In this document: positions 35,985 through 46,187 of the stretch, one piece after another
Numbering within the stretch: position 1 is the stretch's first letter
Layout of the letters: each line of letters begins with the position of its first letter
Source of the DNA: a virus
Length of the DNA: 64,000 nucleotides
Strand: one strand, 5' to 3'
IMG/VR virus record: IMGVR_UViG_3300033148_007258
Coordinates: 3,997 to 67,996 of that record
Notes under the pieces: model-generated
The model's input: only the letters and a program-made list of their open reading frames with translations
Told to the model about the DNA's origin: nothing
Databases searched by the model: none
Made by a program: the position numbers and the translations under genes

Positions 35985-36994
35985 ACATGTTAGACATACT
36001 TGGACCGACAGCGCGTGGAATGACGCGCGGGCGGCAGGCGGTAGAGGAGCGGAAACGCAAGGCGGCGGAAGCTATGCTCACCAAGATGCTGCGGGAATTG
36101 CAGATTCAGAACGAGCAACAAAAATTGGATTTGAATAAGGGGCGACCGGAGCGCGAGGAATTTGCCCGCTGGCTCGATCTTGCGAAAGAAGGCGTTGATA
36201 TACCGGAATCGAAATATAGGGGGCTACAAAGTTTAAGTAAAAGAGTACAGCGGGAAAAAATGCTTGAGCGGCTTAAAACGGGAGACGAATCGGCTATTCG
36301 GGCGGCGTGGGAAGACGCTCTCAATCTGGGTGTTCCAGAGCGGACACTGAATTTAATGATAAGAAACGCACAGAAAAGAGCAAAGGAGTGGGGGCAGGGT
36401 TATAAAAAGGGAGAATTAGATATTCAAAAAAAGGAAAGGGATTTAGCTAAGGCGAATCAACCTCCAGAGCCAGAACCCGTTAAAGCTAATCTGGTGTCTA
36501 ATTTTTGGAAGGAAGTTAATAATATCGTAGACAGTTCTTGGCCGGAAGTAATATCGCCAGAAGAGGCATATAGCAAGGTTTTGAGTCGCTGGAAAAAGCG
36601 ATTTGGCAGATTACCGGAATACAAGCAAGCGATAGAGTATATTGAATCCTCTGTCAAAGACGAGTTTTCTTCGGAAGGGGTATTAGAAAATGTAGCGCCC
36701 CCTTTTCCCTATGCGACAGAAATACCAAAAGGTTCAGTTAATCTTTTTGGTGCACCTACGTCGGGCGGGGCTGGTCAATTAAGCGTGCCCACACCGGCTA
36801 CGGGAATACGGGCGGTAATTGGTATGTTGCGCAGCGCTGATCCCGCTGAAAAGGCACAGGGGAAAATCAAGCTCAGGGATATGCTGGTAAAGATTAATCC
36901 CGAATATGCGAACTATAAACCAGAAGATTTTACCGATGAAATAATAGAGATTATTATCAAAGGTCTTCAGCAGGGCACAATAGGTATTAAATAA
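35981..36994 (+). CDS. Putative ejection protein
   Basis: Helical; position. Confidence 0.5.
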   Translation: MNMLDILGPTARGMTRGRQAVEERKRKAAEAMLTKMLRELQIQNEQQKLDLNKGRPEREEFARWLDLAKEGVDIPESKYRGLQSLSKRVQREKMLERLKTGDESAIRAAWEDALNLGVPERTLNLMIRNAQKRAKEWGQGYKKGELDIQKKERDLAKANQPPEPEPVKANLVSNFWKEVNNIVDSSWPEVISPEEAYSKVLSRWKKRFGRLPEYKQAIEYIESSVKDEFSSEGVLENVAPPFPYATEIPKGSVNLFGAPTSGGAGQLSVPTPATGIRAVIGMLRSADPAEKAQGKIKLRDMLVKINPEYANYKPEDFTDEIIEIIIKGLQQGTIGIK

Positions 36995-36997
36995 ACA

Positions 36998-39900
36998 ATG
37001 AACGGACAGGATAAGAAAAAAGGTTTAATGTCATTAGTGCAGCGGACGTTTAGTGGCGCAGCGCCATCGTTGCCTCAAGCGGGGCAAACGGATAGGCAAA
37101 CGCAGCTAAAATCGCTGATTAGCAAAACGTTCGGGGGATTACCAGAACCTACTCAAAAGCCACCGTCTTTTGGAATGCCAGAGATTAAACCCGTTACCGC
37201 TCCGGCAAGCAGCGCGGCTGTTGCACCCTCTGCACTGCGGGCACAGCGGGCAAAGAGCGTCAAAAAGCGTGGTGGAATGACTGACGAAGAATGGTCGCGT
37301 GTATTAGGTATACCGATACCCGAACCGGAAAAACAGAGTCTTTACAAGGAGATTCAAAGCGTTTTGGCACGCGGCACATCGGCGGCGACGTTCGGGTTGA
37401 GTGATTTAATTCCCTTGCCGGGTGGAAAGGGTGCGCGTGATTTACAACCCAAATCAACGGCGGGATCGCTGGCGGGTGCGGGTGCAAGCGTTTTAGGTTT
37501 TATTAAAGGCGCTCCTGTCAAGACCGCCAGTAAATTATTGGAAAAAGCTGTACCGAAAACACTTGTTGGAGCAATGGGCAAGAGTGGCGCGACATTAGGG
37601 CTGGCGTCTGGATTGTCTGAAGTATTACCAGCCGCCACTACCAGCGATAAGCCCGTTGAGGATATTTTAAAGAGCACAGCTACCAGCGGTGTAATTGGCG
37701 CTCTATTCCCCGTGTCTGGAGCAATAACCAACAGGGTGTTAAGAATACCTGTCGCATTGGCTGTTTTTGACAAGATACGAGCGGGAACAGGACAATGGTT
37801 TACCGCCGACGACGTTCTTAGAGGACTCAAGGACGGCACAATAGATAGTAAGGAATTAGCAAATCACGCTTTCAATTATCTGTTGGAGTCTTATTTTGTG
37901 ACAAAACAACCGGCATTACGCAGGTCTTTGGTAGCTTTAAAAAAACAGGCGGAAACCACAAAAAAACCTATACCCAGGGATAAACTTGAATCACTGTTTA
38001 AGAAATATAAGGCGGAACCGGAGACTAAAGAGGCTCCTGTTGAGCCACCCGCAAAACCCGAAGCGCCGCTGGAAACGGGGAAACCCGTCCTTACTAAACC
38101 GTTCGCAGAAAAGCAAGTAGCCCTCGAAGCCAAAGGTGTGCCGTCGGAAGGGAAAGCGGATGTATCGACCATGGGAGCATCTATAGAACAAGCAAGGACG
38201 ATGTCAGAGAAGACTCAGAAAATGTTCGATAAACAGCGCGCCGATATTAAGCAGCTAAAGTCAGGCAGATACCAAAGATTAAAAAATAGCATTAAAAGAG
38301 CCACAGTGGATGTAAGTGGGAACGTAAAGAATGCGCTCTTGAAAAACGGCGGAGAAGAAGGACTGCGAGCGGTGCGGCGCTTCAACCTTCGCAAGGGTGC
38401 AACCAGTAAGGCTCAAGCGATTATCAACAGGTCTTTTGATCGGGTATTCAAAGGATTGTCAAAGAAAGATGAACGTCTTTTATATGATGTCATACAAGCG
38501 AAACGAACCATTGCCATAGATGAATATAAACCAGAAATGCGGCATCCGGGCGGTTTGGGTGGAGATGCCATGAAGCAATGGCTTAACGATCCCACGAAAG
38601 TTCCTACTGAGAAGCGGGCGATGCTTGAAGAAAGGGCAAATGAATATTTTAATGTCATGCGAGAGCAGCTTGGCGATTTATATAAAAACGGGCTATTAAC
38701 GCAAGAACAATATAATAACCTATTAGCCAAAGGCGACTATTCAAGCCGCAAGTTTATACAGCATATTGATCCCGAAAGAACTGGACTTGACAGACAGGGG
38801 CGTAGGATCAGTGTCCCCGACAGTGGCATTAGGGCATTAACATCGGGGAGTGAAAAATCGTTATCAAACAACGCCCGTGAACTTTTATCTGAAGTGGTGA
38901 CGAGGACACAATCGAGGATATTGCGTAACAACGCCAATAAGGCGCTTTATGAAGTAGCTAAAAAGAATCCCAATAATGGTGTTGTGTCGTTGGAGAAGGC
39001 TATTCGCACGACTAAAGCGGGAAAACCTGTTTATCAAAAGCCCACCGCTGATTTTGAAAAAATAAGTGTTATGATAGACGGGAAGCATAAAGAAATGTTG
39101 ATGCCGAGAGACATGGCGGCTGAGTGGACGATGAACGACCCATTAATTAACCAAACATTAGCTACTGTTATCGGCTGGCTTTCCGGTTCTAAAATCTTAA
39201 AACCTTTTGCAACCGGATTGAACCCCGGATTTGCAGTGCCGAATTTACCAAGGGATATTGCGCATATCTGGGTGGCATCAGAACAGTATTCTTCCACACT
39301 TCCAGTATATCTCGCACAAATGGCACGCGATTTACATACTGTTAAAAAAGATGCTTTTACACGTAAGGGGCGATGGGAAAAATATATAGACGAGGGTGGT
39401 GGCATGGAGTTCCTTACCCATCAGGGGCGACTAAAACCCAGCTCTCGTGGAGTATGGGGCGCCCTCCAAAGGTTTATGGGTTATGTTGGAGAAACATCGG
39501 AGATAGGGACGAGGCTTGCACTCCGTGAAAGGGGAATACGCAATGGGCTTTCCCCTGAAGAAGCAACGGCAGAAGCGCGGGATTATCTCGACTTTAGTCA
39601 AGGGGGGTCGTTTGTTAAGGCCCTTGATTCTGGCATACCCTATTTAAACGCTGGCGTTCAGGGGACACGGGGCATTGTCAGGGCGGCGCAACGCAATCCA
39701 GCTCGTTTTGCATATCAAATTGCACAACTTGGCACAATAGCATCCAGTTTATATTTAGCAAACCATCACGTCAACAAAGAATGCTGGGATGCGATTTCTG
39801 ATAGAGAAAAAATAAACAATTTCATTATCACAACACCCTTTTCCTATAAAGATAAAAACGGCAACACGCGATACATATATTTCAAAATAGCGAAAGACCA

Positions 39901-40774
39901 GGGACAGAGGGTTTTTGCTACCATATTCGAGAGCTTGATGGGCAAGTATTTAGGTGAAGATATTGATCTGAGTATGGCGGTAAAGGCGGCGGAAGATGCC
40001 ATACCCATAATTCCGACACAGTCAATTCCACCGTCAATAGATGCACTTTTGGGATATGCTTCCAATTACGATTTTTGGAAAGACGAGAATATATGGAAGG
40101 GCACAGAAGATATAAAACCGGAATTGGAATATAATAAATATACTAATCCAGCGTGGAAAAAAGCGGGAGAGATAACGGGGCTTTCGCCGGAACGTCTCAG
40201 TTTTGGGGCACAGCAGTTTTTTACTTACGGCAATATTTGGACGGCTATGGCAGGTGAGGGGTATAAACAGTTAAAGCAATTAACGCAGGGCGGTCCGGCA
40301 GGCGAAGATGAACGGAAGTTTGTTGAAAGGCTTATACACCTGCCTGTTGTACGCAGGTTTGTGAGTTCCACGTCTCCGTATCAGGAAATTAGAGATGAGA
40401 TTAAAGGGCTGAAGGTTGAGGAAAATTCCAGAAGAACATTGCAGAATCGCGAATTTGACAAACTTTTAGATAAGAAGTCGAACGACAGCACATTAAGGGC
40501 ATATCTTGTAAAACAATCACCAGAAGACAGAACACGGCTCCTACAAAGAATGAAAAGATACAGACGGCTTGAGGATGTTCCCGAAAGGTCTTGGTGGTTA
40601 CAGATTGCCGATTTAGCGCCAGAGCAAAGGGCGCAGGTTTTTTATAAGAAATATTCTCAAGCTGATGAATCCCAAAAAAGGGTGTTGTTGAAATATGCAA
40701 AGACGGTTCCCGGTATTACATCAGAAAGATTTCGGAAAAAATTTATAGAACTCTCAAAAATAAACAAGAGGTGA
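36998..40774 (+). CDS. Large internal virion protein (LPD38-like C-terminal region)
   Basis: TG.NP.F...N..RD, LDFSQGG, IPYLNA.VQG, N.DFW motifs. Confidence 0.7.
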   Translation: MNGQDKKKGLMSLVQRTFSGAAPSLPQAGQTDRQTQLKSLISKTFGGLPEPTQKPPSFGMPEIKPVTAPASSAAVAPSALRAQRAKSVKKRGGMTDEEWSRVLGIPIPEPEKQSLYKEIQSVLARGTSAATFGLSDLIPLPGGKGARDLQPKSTAGSLAGAGASVLGFIKGAPVKTASKLLEKAVPKTLVGAMGKSGATLGLASGLSEVLPAATTSDKPVEDILKSTATSGVIGALFPVSGAITNRVLRIPVALAVFDKIRAGTGQWFTADDVLRGLKDGTIDSKELANHAFNYLLESYFVTKQPALRRSLVALKKQAETTKKPIPRDKLESLFKKYKAEPETKEAPVEPPAKPEAPLETGKPVLTKPFAEKQVALEAKGVPSEGKADVSTMGASIEQARTMSEKTQKMFDKQRADIKQLKSGRYQRLKNSIKRATVDVSGNVKNALLKNGGEEGLRAVRRFNLRKGATSKAQAIINRSFDRVFKGLSKKDERLLYDVIQAKRTIAIDEYKPEMRHPGGLGGDAMKQWLNDPTKVPTEKRAMLEERANEYFNVMREQLGDLYKNGLLTQEQYNNLLAKGDYSSRKFIQHIDPERTGLDRQGRRISVPDSGIRALTSGSEKSLSNNARELLSEVVTRTQSRILRNNANKALYEVAKKNPNNGVVSLEKAIRTTKAGKPVYQKPTADFEKISVMIDGKHKEMLMPRDMAAEWTMNDPLINQTLATVIGWLSGSKILKPFATGLNPGFAVPNLPRDIAHIWVASEQYSSTLPVYLAQMARDLHTVKKDAFTRKGRWEKYIDEGGGMEFLTHQGRLKPSSRGVWGALQRFMGYVGETSEIGTRLALRERGIRNGLSPEEATAEARDYLDFSQGGSFVKALDSGIPYLNAGVQGTRGIVRAAQRNPARFAYQIAQLGTIASSLYLANHHVNKECWDAISDREKINNFIITTPFSYKDKNGNTRYIYFKIAKDQGQRVFATIFESLMGKYLGEDIDLSMAVKAAEDAIPIIPTQSIPPSIDALLGYASNYDFWKDENIWKGTEDIKPELEYNKYTNPAWKKAGEITGLSPERLSFGAQQFFTYGNIWTAMAGEGYKQLKQLTQGGPAGEDERKFVERLIHLPVVRRFVSSTSPYQEIRDEIKGLKVEENSRRTLQNREFDKLLDKKSNDSTLRAYLVKQSPEDRTRLLQRMKRYRRLEDVPERSWWLQIADLAPEQRAQVFYKKYSQADESQKRVLLKYAKTVPGITSERFRKKFIELSKINKR

Positions 40775-41346
40775 TGGGCATGAGTAAAATCAAAGACTCG
40801 AAAATGATTATTGTGGCGGCGCTGGTTGTCCTGCTTAGCGCGGCAGGGGTTACTGTCGGCGCGAAAAACAGAGCCAGCCCGGCGGCGGAGTACGGGTTCG
40901 ACCGCACTAATGTTTCTTATATCGTGTACAGTGAAACGGATTCGCTGGAGGGCACGGCTGATACATTATATAGCAATGTCTACGCGATTCCGCGGGCTGA
41001 GTATTTCTCATTGTCGGTAGTTCTGGACACGAATACTACGGCGAACAGCGGCGGCGTTCTGCCGAAAGTGGGGTTACAGTATGCCATATTGAGCACAAAC
41101 CGGCGGTTTCTCTTACAGGACGACAGCACGTCTATATGGTGTACGTTGACGGACAGCATTCGGAGTTTCGCGGATTTTACCAATACACACGCGAATTTCG
41201 ACAGCGACTTGAGCGGCAATGAATACGGCGAGATTCACACCGTTGCACCGGCGCCGTGTATTTATATTCTTTTTAGAATTTACACAGCGACAGGGCACGC
41301 GGCGGGCAGTGTTTATCGGTATGTCATGGAGTTTTTCCCACAATAA
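40771..41346 (+). CDS. Exported beta-rich protein with D-S/T sequons
   Basis: Leader IIVAALVVLLSAAGVTVGA. Confidence 0.55.
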   Translation: MMGMSKIKDSKMIIVAALVVLLSAAGVTVGAKNRASPAAEYGFDRTNVSYIVYSETDSLEGTADTLYSNVYAIPRAEYFSLSVVLDTNTTANSGGVLPKVGLQYAILSTNRRFLLQDDSTSIWCTLTDSIRSFADFTNTHANFDSDLSGNEYGEIHTVAPAPCIYILFRIYTATGHAAGSVYRYVMEFFPQ

Positions 41347-41368
41347 TGGTAGGGGGTGTGAGGGTGGA

Positions 41369-41629
41369 ATGGCAGAAAATGGCGGCAACAACAAAGTAAC
41401 CCTTATTGAAATCAAGGCGACTCTGTCACAGATTCAGGGTAAGCAGGAGGAAGCCCATCACGACATCAGGGAAATCAAGGAGGCTCTTTTTGAGCCGGAC
41501 AGGGGATTGTTTGCCCGTGTGAAAACGAATACGCAATTCCGCAAATCAGCCAGTAAGGTTTTGTGGGCATTTTTTATTGCCATAACAGGCGGAATTGCCG
41601 TTGTGCTACGAGAATTTATTCTTAAATAA
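41369..41629 (+). CDS. Small membrane protein, holin/XhlA-like
   Basis: Coiled coil plus C-terminal TM. Confidence 0.5.
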   Translation: MAENGGNNKVTLIEIKATLSQIQGKQEEAHHDIREIKEALFEPDRGLFARVKTNTQFRKSASKVLWAFFIAITGGIAVVLREFILK

Positions 41630-41657
41630 TCATCATCATTTAACATCGGGAGGCATC

Positions 41658-41921
41658 ATGGACAGTATTTTAGGATTTATCACAGATAACGTGCTGGCGT
41701 CGATTCTGTCGGCATTAGCAATCATTGGCGGTTACTTCTTCAAGAAGGGTTCAAAGAAAATCTTTACCGTTCTCTGGGAAGTGACCGAAGTAATCAAGGC
41801 GATATTGGACGCATTTCAGCTGGACGCCGATGGGAAGGTCGTTGTCACGAAGGAAGAAGTGCAGAAAATCAAGAAAGAGATTTCGGACGTACGTGCGCTG
41901 TTCGCAAAGCCGACTCCATAA
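41658..41921 (+). CDS. Small membrane protein, holin-like
   Basis: GGAGG RBS; N-terminal TM. Confidence 0.5.
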   Translation: MDSILGFITDNVLASILSALAIIGGYFFKKGSKKIFTVLWEVTEVIKAILDAFQLDADGKVVVTKEEVQKIKKEISDVRALFAKPTP

Positions 41922-42124
41922 TGAACAGGTTCAGGAAATACTGGCGGCTATTGAATCTTTTTAGGGTCATCCGGGATTTGACAAAACACCCTGAAAAGAT
42001 TAAGCAGAAGAAAGCGCTCATCACGCTTACACTTGGAATATGCGCGGCGCTGACGTACATTCTCGACCCTGATATTGTGCGGCAGATACAGGATTTTCTG
42101 CTCAGCATCATCAACGGGATGTAA
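41921..42124 (+). CDS. Small membrane protein
   Basis: One TM; TAATG coupling. Confidence 0.5.
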   Translation: MNRFRKYWRLLNLFRVIRDLTKHPEKIKQKKALITLTLGICAALTYILDPDIVRQIQDFLLSIINGM

Positions 42125-42220
42125 CCACTTTATCCCTATATTGTTGTATATTAGTATATCTCATCCACCGTGCGTGGAAGGAGTTCCGGTGCCGTCACTA
42201 AACACGTGGCGTCATCTGCC

Positions 42221-42248
42221 AAGAAGCCTCCGGTTAGGGGGCTTTTTG
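42221..42248. terminator. Intrinsic terminator between convergent units
   Basis: AAGCCTCC-ggtta-GGGGGCTT-TTT. Confidence 0.7.
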
Positions 42249-42249
42249 T

Positions 42250-42960
42250 TTAAAACGAGATACCTAAGCTAAGGGGAATGTACTGCGTATTGTCATCGTC
42301 GGTAAAAATAATGCAATATCTGGCTTCGAGAAAGAGGTCTACATCGGGACTTATCGGAAAGAATAAACCCGCACCAATGTTCAGAATTGGCTTTGTTTCA
42401 CTGTCACCATCAAGTGAAAAGGAATCGCCTCTGTAATAAAAAGATATGTCATCTATTGAAAAATAGTTTATTCCCATTCCCCCCAAAAGATAAAACTTGG
42501 TTGAACTTTCTTTTGGTGATAATATTGTTTTCAGGCTTAATGTAGCAGATAAGGCAGAGGCGTTGGCACCACTAATTGTCAAGCCGGAAACATTTCTAAT
42601 ATTCACACCGGACTCATCGCTTACCCAATCAAGAAAACCATCTTCATCAAATCCAAACATAATATAATGGCTATTTATATTTAAATAGAGGGTTTTCGTT
42701 AGCGGTATATTTGTGCTACCCAAAAACCCAAACCCATTGTTCCAACAATCGCCGAATTCATCAGGTGCGGAAGGAAATGAATATATAAAACCGAACCCCC
42801 CTTTAGTTTTAACCCCTTCTTTGTTTTGAGTTTCTTGCTCATTGGTTGTTTGTATTATCTGCGGCGGCGGCGCAATAGCCTCAACTTTGGTTAGAGAAGT
42901 ATATCCGCATTGCACAAAACTTGCGGACACGAATAAAGCAACGATTAAAAAACGCTTCAC
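42250..42960 (-). CDS. Outer-membrane beta-barrel protein
   Basis: Signal peptide; alternating beta-strands; C-terminal LSLGISF. Confidence 0.75.
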   Translation of the reverse strand: MKRFLIVALFVSASFVQCGYTSLTKVEAIAPPPQIIQTTNEQETQNKEGVKTKGGFGFIYSFPSAPDEFGDCWNNGFGFLGSTNIPLTKTLYLNINSHYIMFGFDEDGFLDWVSDESGVNIRNVSGLTISGANASALSATLSLKTILSPKESSTKFYLLGGMGINYFSIDDISFYYRGDSFSLDGDSETKPILNIGAGLFFPISPDVDLFLEARYCIIFTDDDNTQYIPLSLGISF

Positions 42961-42983
42961 AATAAACCCTCCTTGTTTTTAAG

Positions 42984-43418
42984 TTATTCTTCCTCACTAC
43001 TGCTGCGGTATATAAACAGCATGTCGATATAATCCTGCTTTGTGGGTTTTTGATTGGCGCGGAAACAGATAGACTTCAACCACTGAACTTCGGCTTCATT
43101 GATAAACATCATACGCATAGTCTTTTCATCTTCGAGAAGTTCCCGCAGTCCGTCAGTGATACCGGTATATTCGGGGGCGGGTTCGTGGACGGCTGGTGGA
43201 TCGGGTTCGGTGTTCTCTCTAAACAAGTCTTCCCATTTAATATTAAGCGCCCTTGCAAGTCCTTTAATGGTACTTACATGAAAATATGGTCTGTTGCCGT
43301 TTTCTAATTCAGATATAGTAGAGCGATCAATGCCAGAAATTTCTGCAAGTTTTTGTTGAGTCAACCTCTTGCCTTTCCTGAAAAAACGTATATTATCACC
43401 AATTTTTTTTGCGTCCAT
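42984..43418 (-). CDS. XRE-family phage repressor (CI-like, no S24 peptidase domain)
   Basis: IGDNIR..R....LTQ..LA..SGI.RSTISELENG; divergent from early operon. Confidence 0.85.
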   Translation of the reverse strand: MDAKKIGDNIRFFRKGKRLTQQKLAEISGIDRSTISELENGNRPYFHVSTIKGLARALNIKWEDLFRENTEPDPPAVHEPAPEYTGITDGLRELLEDEKTMRMMFINEAEVQWLKSICFRANQKPTKQDYIDMLFIYRSSSEEE

Positions 43419-43486
43419 AATTCGATAATAATTAGTATATTATGTTGCGTATACAATTAATATATGATGTAAATACAAAATTTCTC

Positions 43487-43515
43487 TTGACAAATTGTTG
43501 TGATTGTTGTATATT
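43487..43515 (+). promoter_or_regulatory. Sigma70-type early promoter
   Basis: TTGACA-17 nt-TATATT. Confidence 0.75.
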
Positions 43516-43564
43516 CCTTACAGACTAAATGCGTACAACAACAATCAATCATAAGGAGGTTCTT

Positions 43565-43723
43565 ATGTGTTCAGAGAACAATCACAATTTCGGCTCGCCG
43601 AATTCTGCGCCGGGAAATTATATTAATTTTGCAATCTGTACAAAATGTGGCGCTGTTCTTGAAATCCGTTATGACGTCGAGAGCAGAAAACTTTACACCA
43701 GATTGATTGACCTGAAAAAATAA
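43565..43723 (+). CDS. Small Cys/His protein
   Basis: AAGGAGG RBS; CTKCG. Confidence 0.55.
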   Translation: MCSENNHNFGSPNSAPGNYINFAICTKCGAVLEIRYDVESRKLYTRLIDLKK

Positions 43724-43729
43724 TGTTTT

Positions 43730-43891
43730 TTATCTATGTCCGGTTGGCGGGTTTAACCCGCTCAGCGTATTGTATAGATATGTAATAAAATCTAATATTG
43801 CTTTTTGTTTATCTGGTTCAATAAAACACGTTATTTTCTCATTGTTCATGGCTGTTTTTACGATTTCGACTGTTGCTTCGAGGTTATCCAT
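43730..43891 (-). CDS. Small antisense-oriented hypothetical protein (53 aa)
   Basis: MDNLEATVEIVKTAM...; fills the intergenic gap. Confidence 0.35.
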   Translation of the reverse strand: MDNLEATVEIVKTAMNNEKITCFIEPDKQKAILDFITYLYNTLSGLNPPTGHR

Positions 43892-43925
43892 GATGACTTC
43901 CGTTAATGGTTAAAGGAGTCCAGTT

Positions 43926-44111
43926 TTGAGTAATAATGGTAAAGACGAAAACAAGAGCGTTATGATTCGTATTCGGCGCAAGAACCGTGACCAGTTGCGC
44001 AAGCTATGTGAACTCGATAAACGCATGAATCTCATTGATGAACTCGACTTCATTATTGAAAACGAATTAAGGTTAAGGCTAATGGAGACAGAAAAGAAGC
44101 CTTATCGGTAA
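43926..44111 (+). CDS. Ribbon-helix-helix-like regulator
   Basis: SVMIRI...RDQLRKLC; AAGGAG RBS. Confidence 0.55.
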   Translation: MSNNGKDENKSVMIRIRRKNRDQLRKLCELDKRMNLIDELDFIIENELRLRLMETEKKPYR

Positions 44112-44188
44112 TATATTTTTTTCTTGTCTCTGAAGCAAGGGAAATCTTATCGAATTTATTTTCAATGTTTTACGAGGAGTATATTTAA

Positions 44189-44533
44189 GTGGCAACAAAA
44201 GAAACTGTTTTCAAGAATGAAAAAGGTGAAATTTGGCATTATTATAGAAACGACTATATGTTTTATGTGGCCGACAAGAAGATAGGGCAAATGGTAAAAA
44301 AGTGGCAGAATGCATCTTATTTTGCCACTTATTGGTATCCCGATGGTCGGATTTGCCATCAATATATTATACCCTATAAGCTAAAAAGGCGTGCAATCTC
44401 TGCCCTCAAGGGAACGTACCCGAAAAACAACAACAGTGATTCAAAACATACATCCCATTTTGTGCACACCAACTCTAAAATAAGCCATTCTAAGGGCAAA
44501 ACAAAGACGGGTGTATGTTCAGGGTCGGTATAA
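44189..44533 (+). CDS. Hypothetical protein
   Basis: GAGGAG RBS. Confidence 0.55.
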   Translation: MATKETVFKNEKGEIWHYYRNDYMFYVADKKIGQMVKKWQNASYFATYWYPDGRICHQYIIPYKLKRRAISALKGTYPKNNNSDSKHTSHFVHTNSKISHSKGKTKTGVCSGSV

Positions 44534-44575
44534 TGTCTTAAAACGCAAAATTCAACACTTGATAAGGCTAAAAGC

Positions 44576-44794
44576 ATGAACCTCATCAGATGTAGAGAAC
44601 CCCGCCGAAAACTAAAGATTATCAAGGAGGAGAAAAGCAGGGTCATGCCCTGGGTTAAGCGCCGATATTATGCCGCCGATAACGGCGATGTGTTTTTGTG
44701 CTGGTCGGGACTCAGGGTTAAATATGATGAATCGGGTCAGCCGATTAAATATAAAGTGAATCACTGGCGAAAGGTAGAGGGTTATGAACGATAA
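44576..44794 (+). CDS. Hypothetical protein
   Basis: ORF in operon. Confidence 0.45.
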   Translation: MNLIRCREPRRKLKIIKEEKSRVMPWVKRRYYAADNGDVFLCWSGLRVKYDESGQPIKYKVNHWRKVEGYER

Positions 44795-45251
44795 CAACGG
44801 AGCGGGCAAGTGGTTCCGCTACAGACAACAGACCATATTTCACAAGGCAGAAACCATGAACTATAACATTCAACAGGAAGTTCACCGGTTTCTGTGGCAG
44901 TTCAAGCCGCAGAGCCGGATTGCCCGCCTGATGGGCATTGCCAACACTACGCTGGACGGTTGGTTCCGTCGGGAGACTTTCCCCCTGTGGGCGGTCGTGC
45001 TACACCCGAACTATGACGAGATCATCGAATATATCGGTGAAGTTCATCGGGCACTCAAAACCCGACAGGAACAGCATGCCGTGAACTCGCTCGACATAGA
45101 CCGTCGGCTGATTGACACCAAAACCGCCGCCGCATCAAGGGACTATAATTTGTTTATGCGGTGCAAGGCGGCGCTCATAAAGACAGTTAAGGACTGGCGT
45201 GGCGATTTTTGCGCCAGTGGAACGCAGTTTGATTTGGGATTTGAACATTAA
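44784..45251 (+). CDS. HTH regulator, CII-like position
   Basis: QSRIARLMGIANTTLDGW. Confidence 0.55.
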   Translation: MNDNNGAGKWFRYRQQTIFHKAETMNYNIQQEVHRFLWQFKPQSRIARLMGIANTTLDGWFRRETFPLWAVVLHPNYDEIIEYIGEVHRALKTRQEQHAVNSLDIDRRLIDTKTAAASRDYNLFMRCKAALIKTVKDWRGDFCASGTQFDLGFEH

Positions 45252-45267
45252 ACAAAAGGAGCAGTAA

Positions 45268-45606
45268 ATGGCTAAAATCATTTTTGAGGGCAAAGTGCCC
45301 GAATGGGCAGAATCGTGGATTTGTGTGGAATCCAGAGAAATAGATGAATTTCTTGGGTTTTCACCATTCAAATCTATTGAGGACTTACACACCTCTCCGG
45401 TGGATTTTGATTTAATCCCCGTTCGCTGTCGTTGTAATGCAAGGTTCACCGAGTTTGTCATCATGGGCAACGGCAACGGCGGGCAGAGTCAGGATTTCAA
45501 GACGCCGTACACGTGTGATGAAGAAGAGCCGGAATGTCCCATAGGCTATAAAGCAGTTTGCCACGAGAATGACAATCATTGGTGGTGTGAATACGATCCA
45601 GATTGA
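45268..45606 (+). CDS. Acidic Cys-rich hypothetical protein
   Basis: AAGGAG RBS. Confidence 0.55.
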   Translation: MAKIIFEGKVPEWAESWICVESREIDEFLGFSPFKSIEDLHTSPVDFDLIPVRCRCNARFTEFVIMGNGNGGQSQDFKTPYTCDEEEPECPIGYKAVCHENDNHWWCEYDPD

Positions 45607-45617
45607 GGGCATAAACA

Positions 45618-46187
45618 GTGTTATCATTTAATCTAAACTTAATTTATCAGATTATAGCAATTCTATTTGTTGTGGGGATAATAATTGATATACGGAAGCT
45701 ATGGGTAGCTACTCCCCTGTTCTTCGTTTTTATTTTATCAATACTTTACGGAAAGGGATCATGGTATTGCTTAATCACCATTGGACTATATTTGTTGCTC
45801 ATAACCACAAAAAGGCAAAACTGTATTTTGCTTGGTTTTCCGTTATTGGTCGCGCTATCAATTCAGCTTTCATTTTTCATTCACCAATGGGACTACTTTT
45901 CAATGTATAAAGACGCATTAACTCTATCGTGTATAAGCACAGCCGCGTTCCTGCTTGTCTCGCGGAACTTGCGGGATATTCCGCTTGCGTTGATGTTTCT
46001 TTCCTTCGCGGTGTTCTGGCATCAATTCTGGATTATTGAGGCTAATCTTGTGCTGGCGGCTTATATCTTGTGGCAGATTTGTGTCAGCATTCCCGGATCG
46101 TGGTTGTGGGGAATCGGCATCAAGATATGGGAAGGTGCATCGGGGCTGATGCACCACTACAGCAATCATGCACAGTATTCATGGTAG
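45618..46187 (+). CDS. Multi-pass membrane protein
   Basis: Continuous hydrophobic segments. Confidence 0.6.
   Translation: MLSFNLNLIYQIIAILFVVGIIIDIRKLWVATPLFFVFILSILYGKGSWYCLITIGLYLLLITTKRQNCILLGFPLLVALSIQLSFFIHQWDYFSMYKDALTLSCISTAAFLLVSRNLRDIPLALMFLSFAVFWHQFWIIEANLVLAAYILWQICVSIPGSWLWGIGIKIWEGASGLMHHYSNHAQYSW

Noticed and set aside
11842-41415. Numerous minus-strand ORFs in the morphogenesis module
   Set aside because: They are shadows of long plus-strand genes, with no recognisable motifs.
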